From a virus (lineage: Duplodnaviria; Caudoviricetes), in IMG/VR virus record IMGVR_UViG_3300010966_000080, positions 1-58,999 of that record: a stretch of DNA of 58,999 nucleotides; one strand, 5' to 3'. The first letter of the stretch is position 1; every line of letters starts with the position of its first letter. This document shows, piece by piece, positions 8,413 to 16,326 of the stretch. A program made the translations under genes and the position numbers. The notes under the pieces are model-generated. The model saw only the letters and a program-made list of their open reading frames with translations, was not told the DNA's origin and searched no databases.

Positions 8413-8844
8413 ATGCAGGACTACGTTTTGAATAAAGTGGAATACGCCTACGACGGCATCGACGACGCGTTCCCGCCCGTCGAACCGGGCGTGCAGCCGT
8501 TCGGCTCGCGCGTCGTGGTGCAGATCAGGTCGCCCAAGAAGAAGACCAAGGGCGGCATCATCCTGACCGAGGACGCCAAAGACACCGAGATGTGGAACAC
8601 TCAGGTGGCCAAGGTGATCGCGGTCGGCGAACTCGCGTTCAAGAACCGCAACACGCAAGAGGCGTGGCCGGAGGGCTCATGGTGCCAGCCCGGCGACTTC
8701 GTGCGTGTCCCCAAGTACGGCGGCGACAAGTGGTCTGTCCGTCTCGGCGAAGACGACGCCGAAGTCCTATTCGTCATTTTCAACGATCTCGACCTCATTG
8801 GCAAAGTCACCGGCGACCCGCTGGCGATGAAGGCCTTTGTCTAA
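8413..8844 (+). CDS. groES: GroES/Cpn10-like co-chaperonin
   Basis: QPFGSRVVV, mobile loop KTKGGIIL, AKVIAVG, PGDFV...KYGG. Confidence 0.85.
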   Translation: MQDYVLNKVEYAYDGIDDAFPPVEPGVQPFGSRVVVQIRSPKKKTKGGIILTEDAKDTEMWNTQVAKVIAVGELAFKNRNTQEAWPEGSWCQPGDFVRVPKYGGDKWSVRLGEDDAEVLFVIFNDLDLIGKVTGDPLAMKAFV

Positions 8845-8873
8845 GTCGATAAGGCTATAAAGGAGCTGATCAC

Positions 8874-9830
8874 ATGGCTGATGCACTTACCGAAGACGAC
8901 GGCGACGACCTCGTCATCATCGAGACCACCGACGAACAGATACCCACCGCCGAGGCGCTGGCGCAGCCCGAGGACGAGCCCGACGCATCGGACGATGACG
9001 ATGACGAGGAAGAACGCCTCGCGGTGTCCGAGGACGACAGTGACGACGAGATCACTGGCAAGCACAAGGACAACCGCGAAAAGCGCGCCAAGCGGCGCGA
9101 GCTGCAGAAGCGGGCCAAGGAGCGCGCGCAGACCGAGCTGACGCTCCTGCGCCAGCAGAACATGGCCATGGAGCAGCGCCTGCGGGCGATTGAGGGCAAC
9201 AACCTCAACCAGCAGGTGCAGGGCATTGACCAGCAGATCCAGCAGCGGCTCTACGAGGCGCAGCAGGCCGAGCAGATCATGGCCCGCGCCATCGAGGCAG
9301 GCAACGGCGACGACGCGGCGGCCGCGCTCCGCATCCGCGACGAGGCCCGCGCGCAGGCCAACCAGCTCGCGTCCCACAAGCAGCAGGCCGAGCAGGCGGT
9401 GCGTCAGGCGGCCCAGCCGCAGGTCGACCCGCGCGTCGCCAGCTACGCCCAGCAGTGGCTGGAGGCCAACTCGTGGTACAACCCACAGGGCCGCGACGAG
9501 GACAGCGCCATCACCAAGGCCATCGACAATGCGCTGGCCGCAGAGGGCTGGAACCCGGCGACGGAGGACTACTGGCAGGAGCTCACCCGCCGCGTCTCGG
9601 CGCGCATCGGCGACGACGCAAGCGCCGCGTCACGTCAGGCGGCGCCCAAGCGCAAGGCCCCGCCGACCGGAAATACCCGCGAACACGCCCCCGCAAACTC
9701 GCGGAATGGTGTGTACGTGACACCGGAAAGAAAACAGGCTATGATCGACGCAGGTGTTTGGGATGACCCGGTTCGCCGGACCCAGATGCTCAAGGCGTAT
9801 CAAGCCTACGACAAGAACTCGGCACGCTAA
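8874..9830 (+). CDS. putative capsid scaffolding protein
   Basis: Acidic N-terminus, long coiled coil, W...N.W motif, upstream of capsid genes. Confidence 0.65.
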   Translation: MADALTEDDGDDLVIIETTDEQIPTAEALAQPEDEPDASDDDDDEEERLAVSEDDSDDEITGKHKDNREKRAKRRELQKRAKERAQTELTLLRQQNMAMEQRLRAIEGNNLNQQVQGIDQQIQQRLYEAQQAEQIMARAIEAGNGDDAAAALRIRDEARAQANQLASHKQQAEQAVRQAAQPQVDPRVASYAQQWLEANSWYNPQGRDEDSAITKAIDNALAAEGWNPATEDYWQELTRRVSARIGDDASAASRQAAPKRKAPPTGNTREHAPANSRNGVYVTPERKQAMIDAGVWDDPVRRTQMLKAYQAYDKNSAR

Positions 9831-9844
9831 CAGGAGTATGCCAA

Positions 9845-10390
9845 ATGACTGAAGAACGTACGGACGACCGCCTTAAGCGCGACACACTTGGCGTTAGCCG
9901 CCGCAGCCGGGGAGAGGAGGACCGTCAAGCGACGGAAAACCGCGAACTGAGTGATGACGAGCGGCTCGAAATGTTTCGCATGCAGCTGTACAACGACGCA
10001 TTGCCGAATATCCCCGATATTCCCAATTTTCACGTGTGCTGGCTCACGACGACCAACAAGAACGACACCATCCAACAGCGCCTCCGGCTGGGCTACACGC
10101 TCATCAAGGCCGAAGACGTACCGGGGATGGACTTGGTCACGCAAAAGACTGGCGAGTACGCCGGTTGCATTGCGGTCAACGAGATGATTGCGGCTAAGCT
10201 GCCCGAGAGCCTCTACCAGAGGTACATGAAGGAAGCTCACCACGACGCCCCGTTGCGTGAGGAAGACAAGCTCGCCGAGGTCGCAGAATTGATGCGACAG
10301 CAGGCAGAGCGGTCTGGTGGCAAACTGATCGAGGGCGACGGGATGGCGGAGATGCGTGAATATAACCCCCGGCCGACTGCGTTCAGCTAG
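9845..10390 (+). CDS. head-module protein of unknown function
   Basis: 181-aa ORF with AGGAG RBS between scaffold and capsid genes. Confidence 0.7.
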   Translation: MTEERTDDRLKRDTLGVSRRSRGEEDRQATENRELSDDERLEMFRMQLYNDALPNIPDIPNFHVCWLTTTNKNDTIQQRLRLGYTLIKAEDVPGMDLVTQKTGEYAGCIAVNEMIAAKLPESLYQRYMKEAHHDAPLREEDKLAEVAELMRQQAERSGGKLIEGDGMAEMREYNPRPTAFS

Positions 10391-10426
10391 GGGTAACCGC
10401 AACCCTTTCCATAAGGAAACAGGCAA

Positions 10427-11002
10427 ATGTCTACCACGGTCAATGCACCGTTCGGACTTCGCCCGGCATACAGCCCGAGTGGTGTGATCCGTCCCACCGC
10501 TTTCAGTATCGCCAGTGGCTACGCTTCGAACATCTTCCAGAACCAGCCGGTTCGTATCGCCCCCACCACCGGTGGCGGTGAAACCGAAGGCACCATCGTC
10601 GCTGCGGCGGTCGGTGCGGCCTTCGTCGGCGCCTTTCAGGGCGTCGAGTTCACCGACAGCGACGGACGCCGCCGCGTCTCCAACAAGTGGACCGCGTCCG
10701 CGACTGCAACGGACATCGTGGCTTACGTCACGCTGGACCCGACCATCGTGTACGAGATCCAGTCGGATGCCGCCCTTGCGGTCGCTGACATTGGCAAGCA
10801 GTACGACCTGACTGCCATCAGCGGCAACACCACGACGGGTCTCTCGTCGCAGGCGTTGGGCGTCTCCACTGCGGCAGCCAATGCCTCGGTCCGCCTCATC
10901 GGGATCACTCCCGGTCCCGACAACAATTGGGGTGACACTTACGTCATCGCTCAGGTCCAGATCAGCGAACACCAGATGGTTGCTGATAAGGCCGCATTCT
11001 AA
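10427..11002 (+). CDS. putative capsid decoration/minor capsid protein
   Basis: N-terminal NAPFGLRP, small-residue beta-rich sequence, immediately before the MCP. Confidence 0.6.
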   Translation: MSTTVNAPFGLRPAYSPSGVIRPTAFSIASGYASNIFQNQPVRIAPTTGGGETEGTIVAAAVGAAFVGAFQGVEFTDSDGRRRVSNKWTASATATDIVAYVTLDPTIVYEIQSDAALAVADIGKQYDLTAISGNTTTGLSSQALGVSTAAANASVRLIGITPGPDNNWGDTYVIAQVQISEHQMVADKAAF

Positions 11003-11015
11003 GGAGGGCTGAGCT

Positions 11016-11930
11016 ATGGCTATGCCAATGCGGAGTACTGACTTCCGCTCCATCGTCGAACCGATCCTGAACGAAGAGTTCAACGGGATCTACGACCAGC
11101 GCGCAGATGAATTTGCTCAGGTCTTCAAGACCTTCAACGGCATCCCGCGCAACTACCACGAAGAGCCCGTCCTGTACGGTTTCGGCGCCGCGCCGGAGCT
11201 TCCGGACGGCATGCCGGTCACCTACCAGTCGGGTGGCGTGCTCTTCATCCAGCGCTACGTGTACAAGGTCTACGGCCTTGCATTCGCGCTGACGAAGGTG
11301 CTCGTCGAAGACGGCGACCACATTCGCATCGGTCAGACCTACGCGCGTCACCTCGCGCAGTCGCTGATCGAGACCAAGGAGACCCTTGGCGCGAACATCC
11401 TCAACCGCGCATTCAACGCCTCGTACGCGGGCGGCGACGGTAAGGAACTGGTGGCCACCGATCACCCGATTGTGAACGGTACCTTCTCGAACAAGCTGTC
11501 TGTCGCTGCGGCCCTGTCGCAGACCTCGCTGGAACAGCTCCTCATCCAGATCCGCAACGCTGTTGACAACAACGGCAAGCGCATCCGTCTCACGCCGAAG
11601 AAGATCGTCGCCGGTCCGTCGAACGTGTTTCAGGCTGAGGTTCTGCTCAAGTCGGTCCTGCGCACCGGTACGGCTGACAACGACATCAACCCCGTCAAGT
11701 CGATGGGTCTGCTGTCGGATGGTCAGGCCAACCTGTCGCGTGTCACCTCGTCCACCGCATGGTGGGTGCAGACCGACGCTCCGGAAGGCCTCAAGCTCGC
11801 GATGCGTCGCGGCCTTGAGAAGTCCATGGAAGGCGACTTCGAAACGGACAGCATGCGCTACAAGGCAACCGAGCGTTACGCGTTCGGTTGGACCGATCCG
11901 CGCGGCGTCTACGGAACGCCCGGCGTTTGA
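11016..11930 (+). CDS. major capsid protein
   Basis: 304 aa, AAGGAGG RBS; GGDGKEL..TDHP and DFETD..RYKA.ERY.FGW.DPRG; followed by a terminator. Confidence 0.88.
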   Translation: MAMPMRSTDFRSIVEPILNEEFNGIYDQRADEFAQVFKTFNGIPRNYHEEPVLYGFGAAPELPDGMPVTYQSGGVLFIQRYVYKVYGLAFALTKVLVEDGDHIRIGQTYARHLAQSLIETKETLGANILNRAFNASYAGGDGKELVATDHPIVNGTFSNKLSVAAALSQTSLEQLLIQIRNAVDNNGKRIRLTPKKIVAGPSNVFQAEVLLKSVLRTGTADNDINPVKSMGLLSDGQANLSRVTSSTAWWVQTDAPEGLKLAMRRGLEKSMEGDFETDSMRYKATERYAFGWTDPRGVYGTPGV

Positions 11931-11961
11931 GCCAACTGGCTTAAAAGCGTCGCTTTTCGAG

Positions 11962-12000
11962 GTAACCCCCGCCTTAATCGGCGGGGGTTACTTTTTGTTT
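11962..12000 (+). terminator. intrinsic terminator after the MCP
   Basis: 12-bp stem GTAACCCCCGCC/GGCGGGGGTTAC plus TTTTTGTTT. Confidence 0.9.
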
Positions 12001-12041
12001 GCTCCCCTGTAACTGACGTTGTACAGTACAAATCCAGTTAC
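11999..12041 (+). promoter_or_regulatory. putative promoter with overlapping palindrome for the endonuclease gene
   Basis: TTGCTC-17-TACAGT; GTAACTG-acg-TTGTAC-a-GTACAA-atc-CAGTTAC. Confidence 0.5.
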
Positions 12042-12053
12042 GAGGAGCATAAC

Positions 12054-13601
12054 GTGAAAGCTACGCTATCCGAGGTGGTCGGTAAGTTCCACCCAGACAT
12101 GCTGGCGCGCTACGACTTCAGCGGCGCCGCATACCACGGCGCGCTGGAGCGCGTGACAGGCATCCAGTGCCCGGATCACGGCGAGTTCAGCCAATACCCC
12201 GCGCAGCTACGCAAGAACGGCTCGGGCTGCCCGTCGTGCGGCGACCTCGTCCGCCGGGCCAAACGCCGCTCCCCTGTTGACGACGTACTGGCGCGGGCCT
12301 CAACCCGGCACGGCGGCTTCTACTCGTACGCAAAAACGGTGTACGTCAACAACACGACCAAGTTCACCGTGACATGCCCGCAGCACGGTGACTTCAGCAT
12401 CTCGCCGAACAACCACATGCGGGGGCAAGGGTGCCCGACTTGCGGCGCAACCAAGCGCGGACACCGTAAGGACGTGAGCGACGCAGCCCGCAAGACGGCT
12501 GACACCAAGCTCGCCGCGCACGCTGCCAGTTTCATATCAGAGGCGCGGGTGGTCCACGGCGACGCCTACGACTACAGCCTAGTCGAGTACGCGGGCCGCA
12601 AAGTCCCTGTGGCCATAGCGTGCCCGAAGCACGGCCTGTTTTATCAAGCCCCCGGCCATCACCTCTCCCGCGCCCACGGGTGCCCGGAGTGTTCGCACCA
12701 CCGCTCGAGGGGCGAGGCGGCGATCCTCGCCTTCGTGTCTATCTTCGCCACGGCGGAGACCCGCAACCGGCGCCTCATCGCACCGAAGGAGCTCGACATC
12801 TACGTGCCCGCCGCGTCGCTCGCCGTTGAGTACTGCGGGGAGTACTGGCACGGCGCGTCCTCCGTCGAAGAGGAGCGCACGGACCGGACGCGACACCTCG
12901 ACAAGCACAACGCCTGTGCGGTGGCGGGCGTCCGCCTGCTGACGGTGTACGAGAGCGAGTGGCTCTCACGCGCGCGGCCGATCAAGCGGCTGATCCGGGC
13001 CGCGCTGGGGAAGGCGCGGGGCAGGCTCATGGCCCGCAAGTGCGAGCTGCGGCGCGTCGGCGCCGCTGAGGCCTCAACGTTCTTCGACGCGTACCACCCG
13101 CAGGGTGGTGGGGGCTACGGCGACCACCACGGGCTGTACTGGGGCAGCAAGTTGGTGGCGTGCATGCGCTTCACCTTCGGCGGCAACGACCGGGGCGCGC
13201 ACGCCGACCGCGTGTGGACGCTGAGCCGGTACGCCACCCGCGTGTCGGTTGTGGGCGGCGCGTCGCGACTGTTCGCGGCCTTTGTGGCAGAGCGGACGCC
13301 GGATCTCGTAAAGTCGTTCTCCGACAACCGATACTTCACCGGCGGGATGTACGCGCGACTGGGTTTCACCCTCGAGGAGGAGAGTGAGCCGGACTATCAG
13401 GTGTACCACCCGAAGACAGGCCTGCTGCCGAAGACCTCGTGGCAGCGGCGCAAGATACCCGCCCGCATACGCGACATCGGCGTGCCTGAGATCTTCGATC
13501 CGACCACAGACCCGCGCAGCGAGCGCGACATGACCTACCTGCTCGGCGCGCAGCGCGTGTTCGATTGCGGCAAGAAGCGTTGGGTCTGGCGCGCGCCGTA
13601 G
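12054..13601 (+). CDS. free-standing Hef-like putative homing endonuclease
   Basis: Three CPxHGxF...GCPxC Zn repeats; Vsr/DUF559-like core ELDIY...AVEYCGEYWH; C-terminal LSRYAT..VVGGASRLF...SFSD.RY..G..Y...GF. Confidence 0.7.
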   Translation: MKATLSEVVGKFHPDMLARYDFSGAAYHGALERVTGIQCPDHGEFSQYPAQLRKNGSGCPSCGDLVRRAKRRSPVDDVLARASTRHGGFYSYAKTVYVNNTTKFTVTCPQHGDFSISPNNHMRGQGCPTCGATKRGHRKDVSDAARKTADTKLAAHAASFISEARVVHGDAYDYSLVEYAGRKVPVAIACPKHGLFYQAPGHHLSRAHGCPECSHHRSRGEAAILAFVSIFATAETRNRRLIAPKELDIYVPAASLAVEYCGEYWHGASSVEEERTDRTRHLDKHNACAVAGVRLLTVYESEWLSRARPIKRLIRAALGKARGRLMARKCELRRVGAAEASTFFDAYHPQGGGGYGDHHGLYWGSKLVACMRFTFGGNDRGAHADRVWTLSRYATRVSVVGGASRLFAAFVAERTPDLVKSFSDNRYFTGGMYARLGFTLEEESEPDYQVYHPKTGLLPKTSWQRRKIPARIRDIGVPEIFDPTTDPRSERDMTYLLGAQRVFDCGKKRWVWRAP

Positions 13602-13623
13602 CGCTGTGCTACGGTGCGCGGCA

Positions 13624-13690
13624 CTAGGATCATCCAGCCTGCTCGACCGGCCTAGCGGACGATGCACAGACGAGCGGGCCACTTGTGCAT
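13624..13690 (+). ncRNA. candidate structured RNA (interlocked pseudoknot)
   Basis: Three complementary pairs in interleaved order (see findings). Confidence 0.45.
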
Positions 13691-13704
13691 AAGGGACTGC
13701 TATT

Positions 13705-14079
13705 ATGGCCTCCACAACTTTCTCCGGCCCCGTGACTTCCACCAACGGCTTCATCGGCCTCACCGTCGGTCAGGAACAGGCCAGCGTCCAGAGCCTCTCG
13801 GGCGCGGGCGCGGCGAACGCCACCACGGGCGCGACTTTCTGCACCAGCACCGGCGCGGGCAACGTGGTCACCCTCGCCAGCCCGGCGGCATCCGCCGCAG
13901 GCCTGATGAAGAGCGTCGTCCATGTGGTTAAGGGCGCGAGCGGCACCATCGTCCTCACCCCGACTGCCGCCTCGGGCTTCACCACCGTGACCCTGACCGC
14001 CGTCGGCGCGTCGGTCCAGCTCATGTGGACCGGCACGGCGTGGGTCGTGCTCGGCACCAACGGCGGCACCGTCGCCTAA
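13705..14079 (+). CDS. virion structural protein
   Basis: MASTTFSGPV start, G/A/T-rich, post-capsid position. Confidence 0.7.
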   Translation: MASTTFSGPVTSTNGFIGLTVGQEQASVQSLSGAGAANATTGATFCTSTGAGNVVTLASPAASAAGLMKSVVHVVKGASGTIVLTPTAASGFTTVTLTAVGASVQLMWTGTAWVVLGTNGGTVA

Positions 14080-14133
14080 TTCGCGAATGGGGGGTAGGCT
14101 TTGGGTCTGCCCCCCACTTGAAAGGACACACGC

Positions 14134-14463
14134 ATGCGTCAGATTGTAGTCACGCTCAGCGATGCCAGCGGCGGCGCCAAGAACAGCGACCCGATCCCGC
14201 TCGACATCCACGGCCGCCCAGACGTGTCGCTGCAGGTCGCGGTGACCGGCACGGCCAACTGGACGCTGCAGCAGACCCTCGACAACCCGTTCACCACGGG
14301 GTCGATCACTTGGGTCAACCACCCGGATGCCAACATGGTCGCGCAGACCGTCACGCGGCAGGGCAACTACGCCTACATCCCGGCGGCCGTCCGGCTGCAG
14401 TTGTCCAGCGGCAGCGGCTCGGCCACGCTGACGATTGTCCAGTCCGGCGATAATCGAGCCTAA
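14134..14463 (+). CDS. putative structural protein
   Basis: 109-aa beta-rich ORF with AAAGGA RBS. Confidence 0.7.
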   Translation: MRQIVVTLSDASGGAKNSDPIPLDIHGRPDVSLQVAVTGTANWTLQQTLDNPFTTGSITWVNHPDANMVAQTVTRQGNYAYIPAAVRLQLSSGSGSATLTIVQSGDNRA

Positions 14464-14465
14464 GC

Positions 14466-16325
14466 GTGTCCTCGGGGCTCTACAGCGGCGTCTCTGGTCT
14501 GGCCCTCGGCTCGGGCCTCTACCGCAACGTCTCCGGCCTGTGGGGCGGGGCGAGCGGGCTGACGGCTGGCTTTGGGGGCGGCAGCCCCTACGGCGGTGCC
14601 TCGCTGTACCTCGACTTCCTGTCGATGACAGCCCCGACGTTCGACAACCGGATCACCTTCACGCGCGGCTCTAACGCCACGCTGACGGACAGCACCGGCA
14701 AGCTGACCTACGCCCCGGCGAACCTGTTGACCTATTCGGAGCAGTTCGACAACGCGGCTTGGACGAAGACAGCAACAGGGACTGGTGTTGTGCCGATTGT
14801 TACGGCGAACGCCGGAACCTCCCCAAACGGAACGCTTAATGCTGATCGTATACAGCTAGATAGTGGAGCCGCTGGGCAAAGTAGTGTTAACCAGACGGCG
14901 GCTGGTGCTCCTAGTGGAACTCCGGGGGTGTTCAGTATATGGCTGCGTTCTTTGGCGAGCGATGTGACGGTGACGCTTTTTTATGGCGCTTCCGTGCAAA
15001 ACGTAACCGTCACCGCAAGCTGGCAGCGTTTCACTTTTACGGTGGCCGCTCCCGCTTCAGGAGAGGTGCGGATTGCAAAACGTGATGCGTGGGCCAGTTC
15101 GGGCGCAGCCGATGTTCTTGCATGGGGCGCGCAGCTCGAACCCGTCACCTACCAGACGACCCCCGGCACCTATGTCGGCACCACGTCAACGGCCTACTAC
15201 GGCCCCCGCTTCGACTACGATCCGGTGACGCTGGCCGCGAAGGGGCTGCTGGTGGAGGAGGCCCGGACGAACTTGCTGACGTACTCGTCGGACTGGACGA
15301 ACGCGGCGTGGAGCAAGACCAATATCACGGTGACTGCGGCGGCAACCGCTTCACCAGACGGAACCGTTAATGCACAGAAACTGGCAGCTACGGCAACTGC
15401 CGTCGCTAACAACTTGAGCGGGTCAATCGTAGTAGCTGCTACTTCGGCTACCTATTCGATCTACGTAAAGCAGGGCACGAGCGCGACTATCGCGAACACT
15501 TTTGCTCTACGGAACATTACAACCGCCACCACCCTTATACTCGGCACGCTCAACTACGCTACTGGGGTCTGGACGTACAGCACCGGCAGCACTGGGGTCT
15601 CCGTGTCCAATGCTGGCAACGGGTGGTGGAGGCTACAGATCACCGCCACGACGGGCATCACTTCCGGCGATAGCCTTTCGGTTTACGTCGGTTTTGCGGG
15701 TGGCGCTGCTACCGCTGGTGACTTCCTCTACGCCTACGGCGCACAACTCGAAGCCGGTGCCTTCGCCACCTCCTACACCCCCACAGTGGCCTCGACCGTC
15801 ACTCGCTCGGCAGACGTCGCCACCATGACCGGGACGAACTTCTCAAGCTGGTATAACCAGAGCGAGGGGACGTTTGTGGTACAGGCCGATAGCCTCACTC
15901 TGTCATCGGTTGGGTGGCTGCTGACGGCAAGCGACGGCACGTCGAACAACCGGTTTGGCCACTACCGCTCCGGTGCGAACCTTGGCGGGTACGTTGTCAC
16001 TGCTACGGTGACGCAGATGGACCTTACACTTGCTTCGGTGGTCGCTAACACCCCCTTCAAGTCGTCTGTTGCTGCGACTTTCAACGACGGCAACACCGCC
16101 TTCAATGGTGCTATCGCGGCGGGTGATACCAGTATCACAATGCCGACGCTAAATAAGCTGGAGATTGGCGCGAATACGGGCGCGATCTACAACGGCCACA
16201 TCCGCGAGATCGCGTACTTCAACACCCGGCTCCCTAACGCCCAGCTACAGACGCTGACGGCCCCCGCGCTGACGGCGACACTGAGCCTCGACTTCACCTC
16301 CGGCGCATACACGGTAGGGTTCTGA
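14466..16325 (+). CDS. tail/head fibre with carbohydrate-binding-like modules, paralog 1
   Basis: FTRGSNAT; NLLTYSEQFDNAAW x2; PRFDYDP..KGLLVEEARTNLL; ConA/LamG-like C-terminus. Confidence 0.75.
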   Translation: MSSGLYSGVSGLALGSGLYRNVSGLWGGASGLTAGFGGGSPYGGASLYLDFLSMTAPTFDNRITFTRGSNATLTDSTGKLTYAPANLLTYSEQFDNAAWTKTATGTGVVPIVTANAGTSPNGTLNADRIQLDSGAAGQSSVNQTAAGAPSGTPGVFSIWLRSLASDVTVTLFYGASVQNVTVTASWQRFTFTVAAPASGEVRIAKRDAWASSGAADVLAWGAQLEPVTYQTTPGTYVGTTSTAYYGPRFDYDPVTLAAKGLLVEEARTNLLTYSSDWTNAAWSKTNITVTAAATASPDGTVNAQKLAATATAVANNLSGSIVVAATSATYSIYVKQGTSATIANTFALRNITTATTLILGTLNYATGVWTYSTGSTGVSVSNAGNGWWRLQITATTGITSGDSLSVYVGFAGGAATAGDFLYAYGAQLEAGAFATSYTPTVASTVTRSADVATMTGTNFSSWYNQSEGTFVVQADSLTLSSVGWLLTASDGTSNNRFGHYRSGANLGGYVVTATVTQMDLTLASVVANTPFKSSVAATFNDGNTAFNGAIAAGDTSITMPTLNKLEIGANTGAIYNGHIREIAYFNTRLPNAQLQTLTAPALTATLSLDFTSGAYTVGF

Positions 16326-16326
16326 T

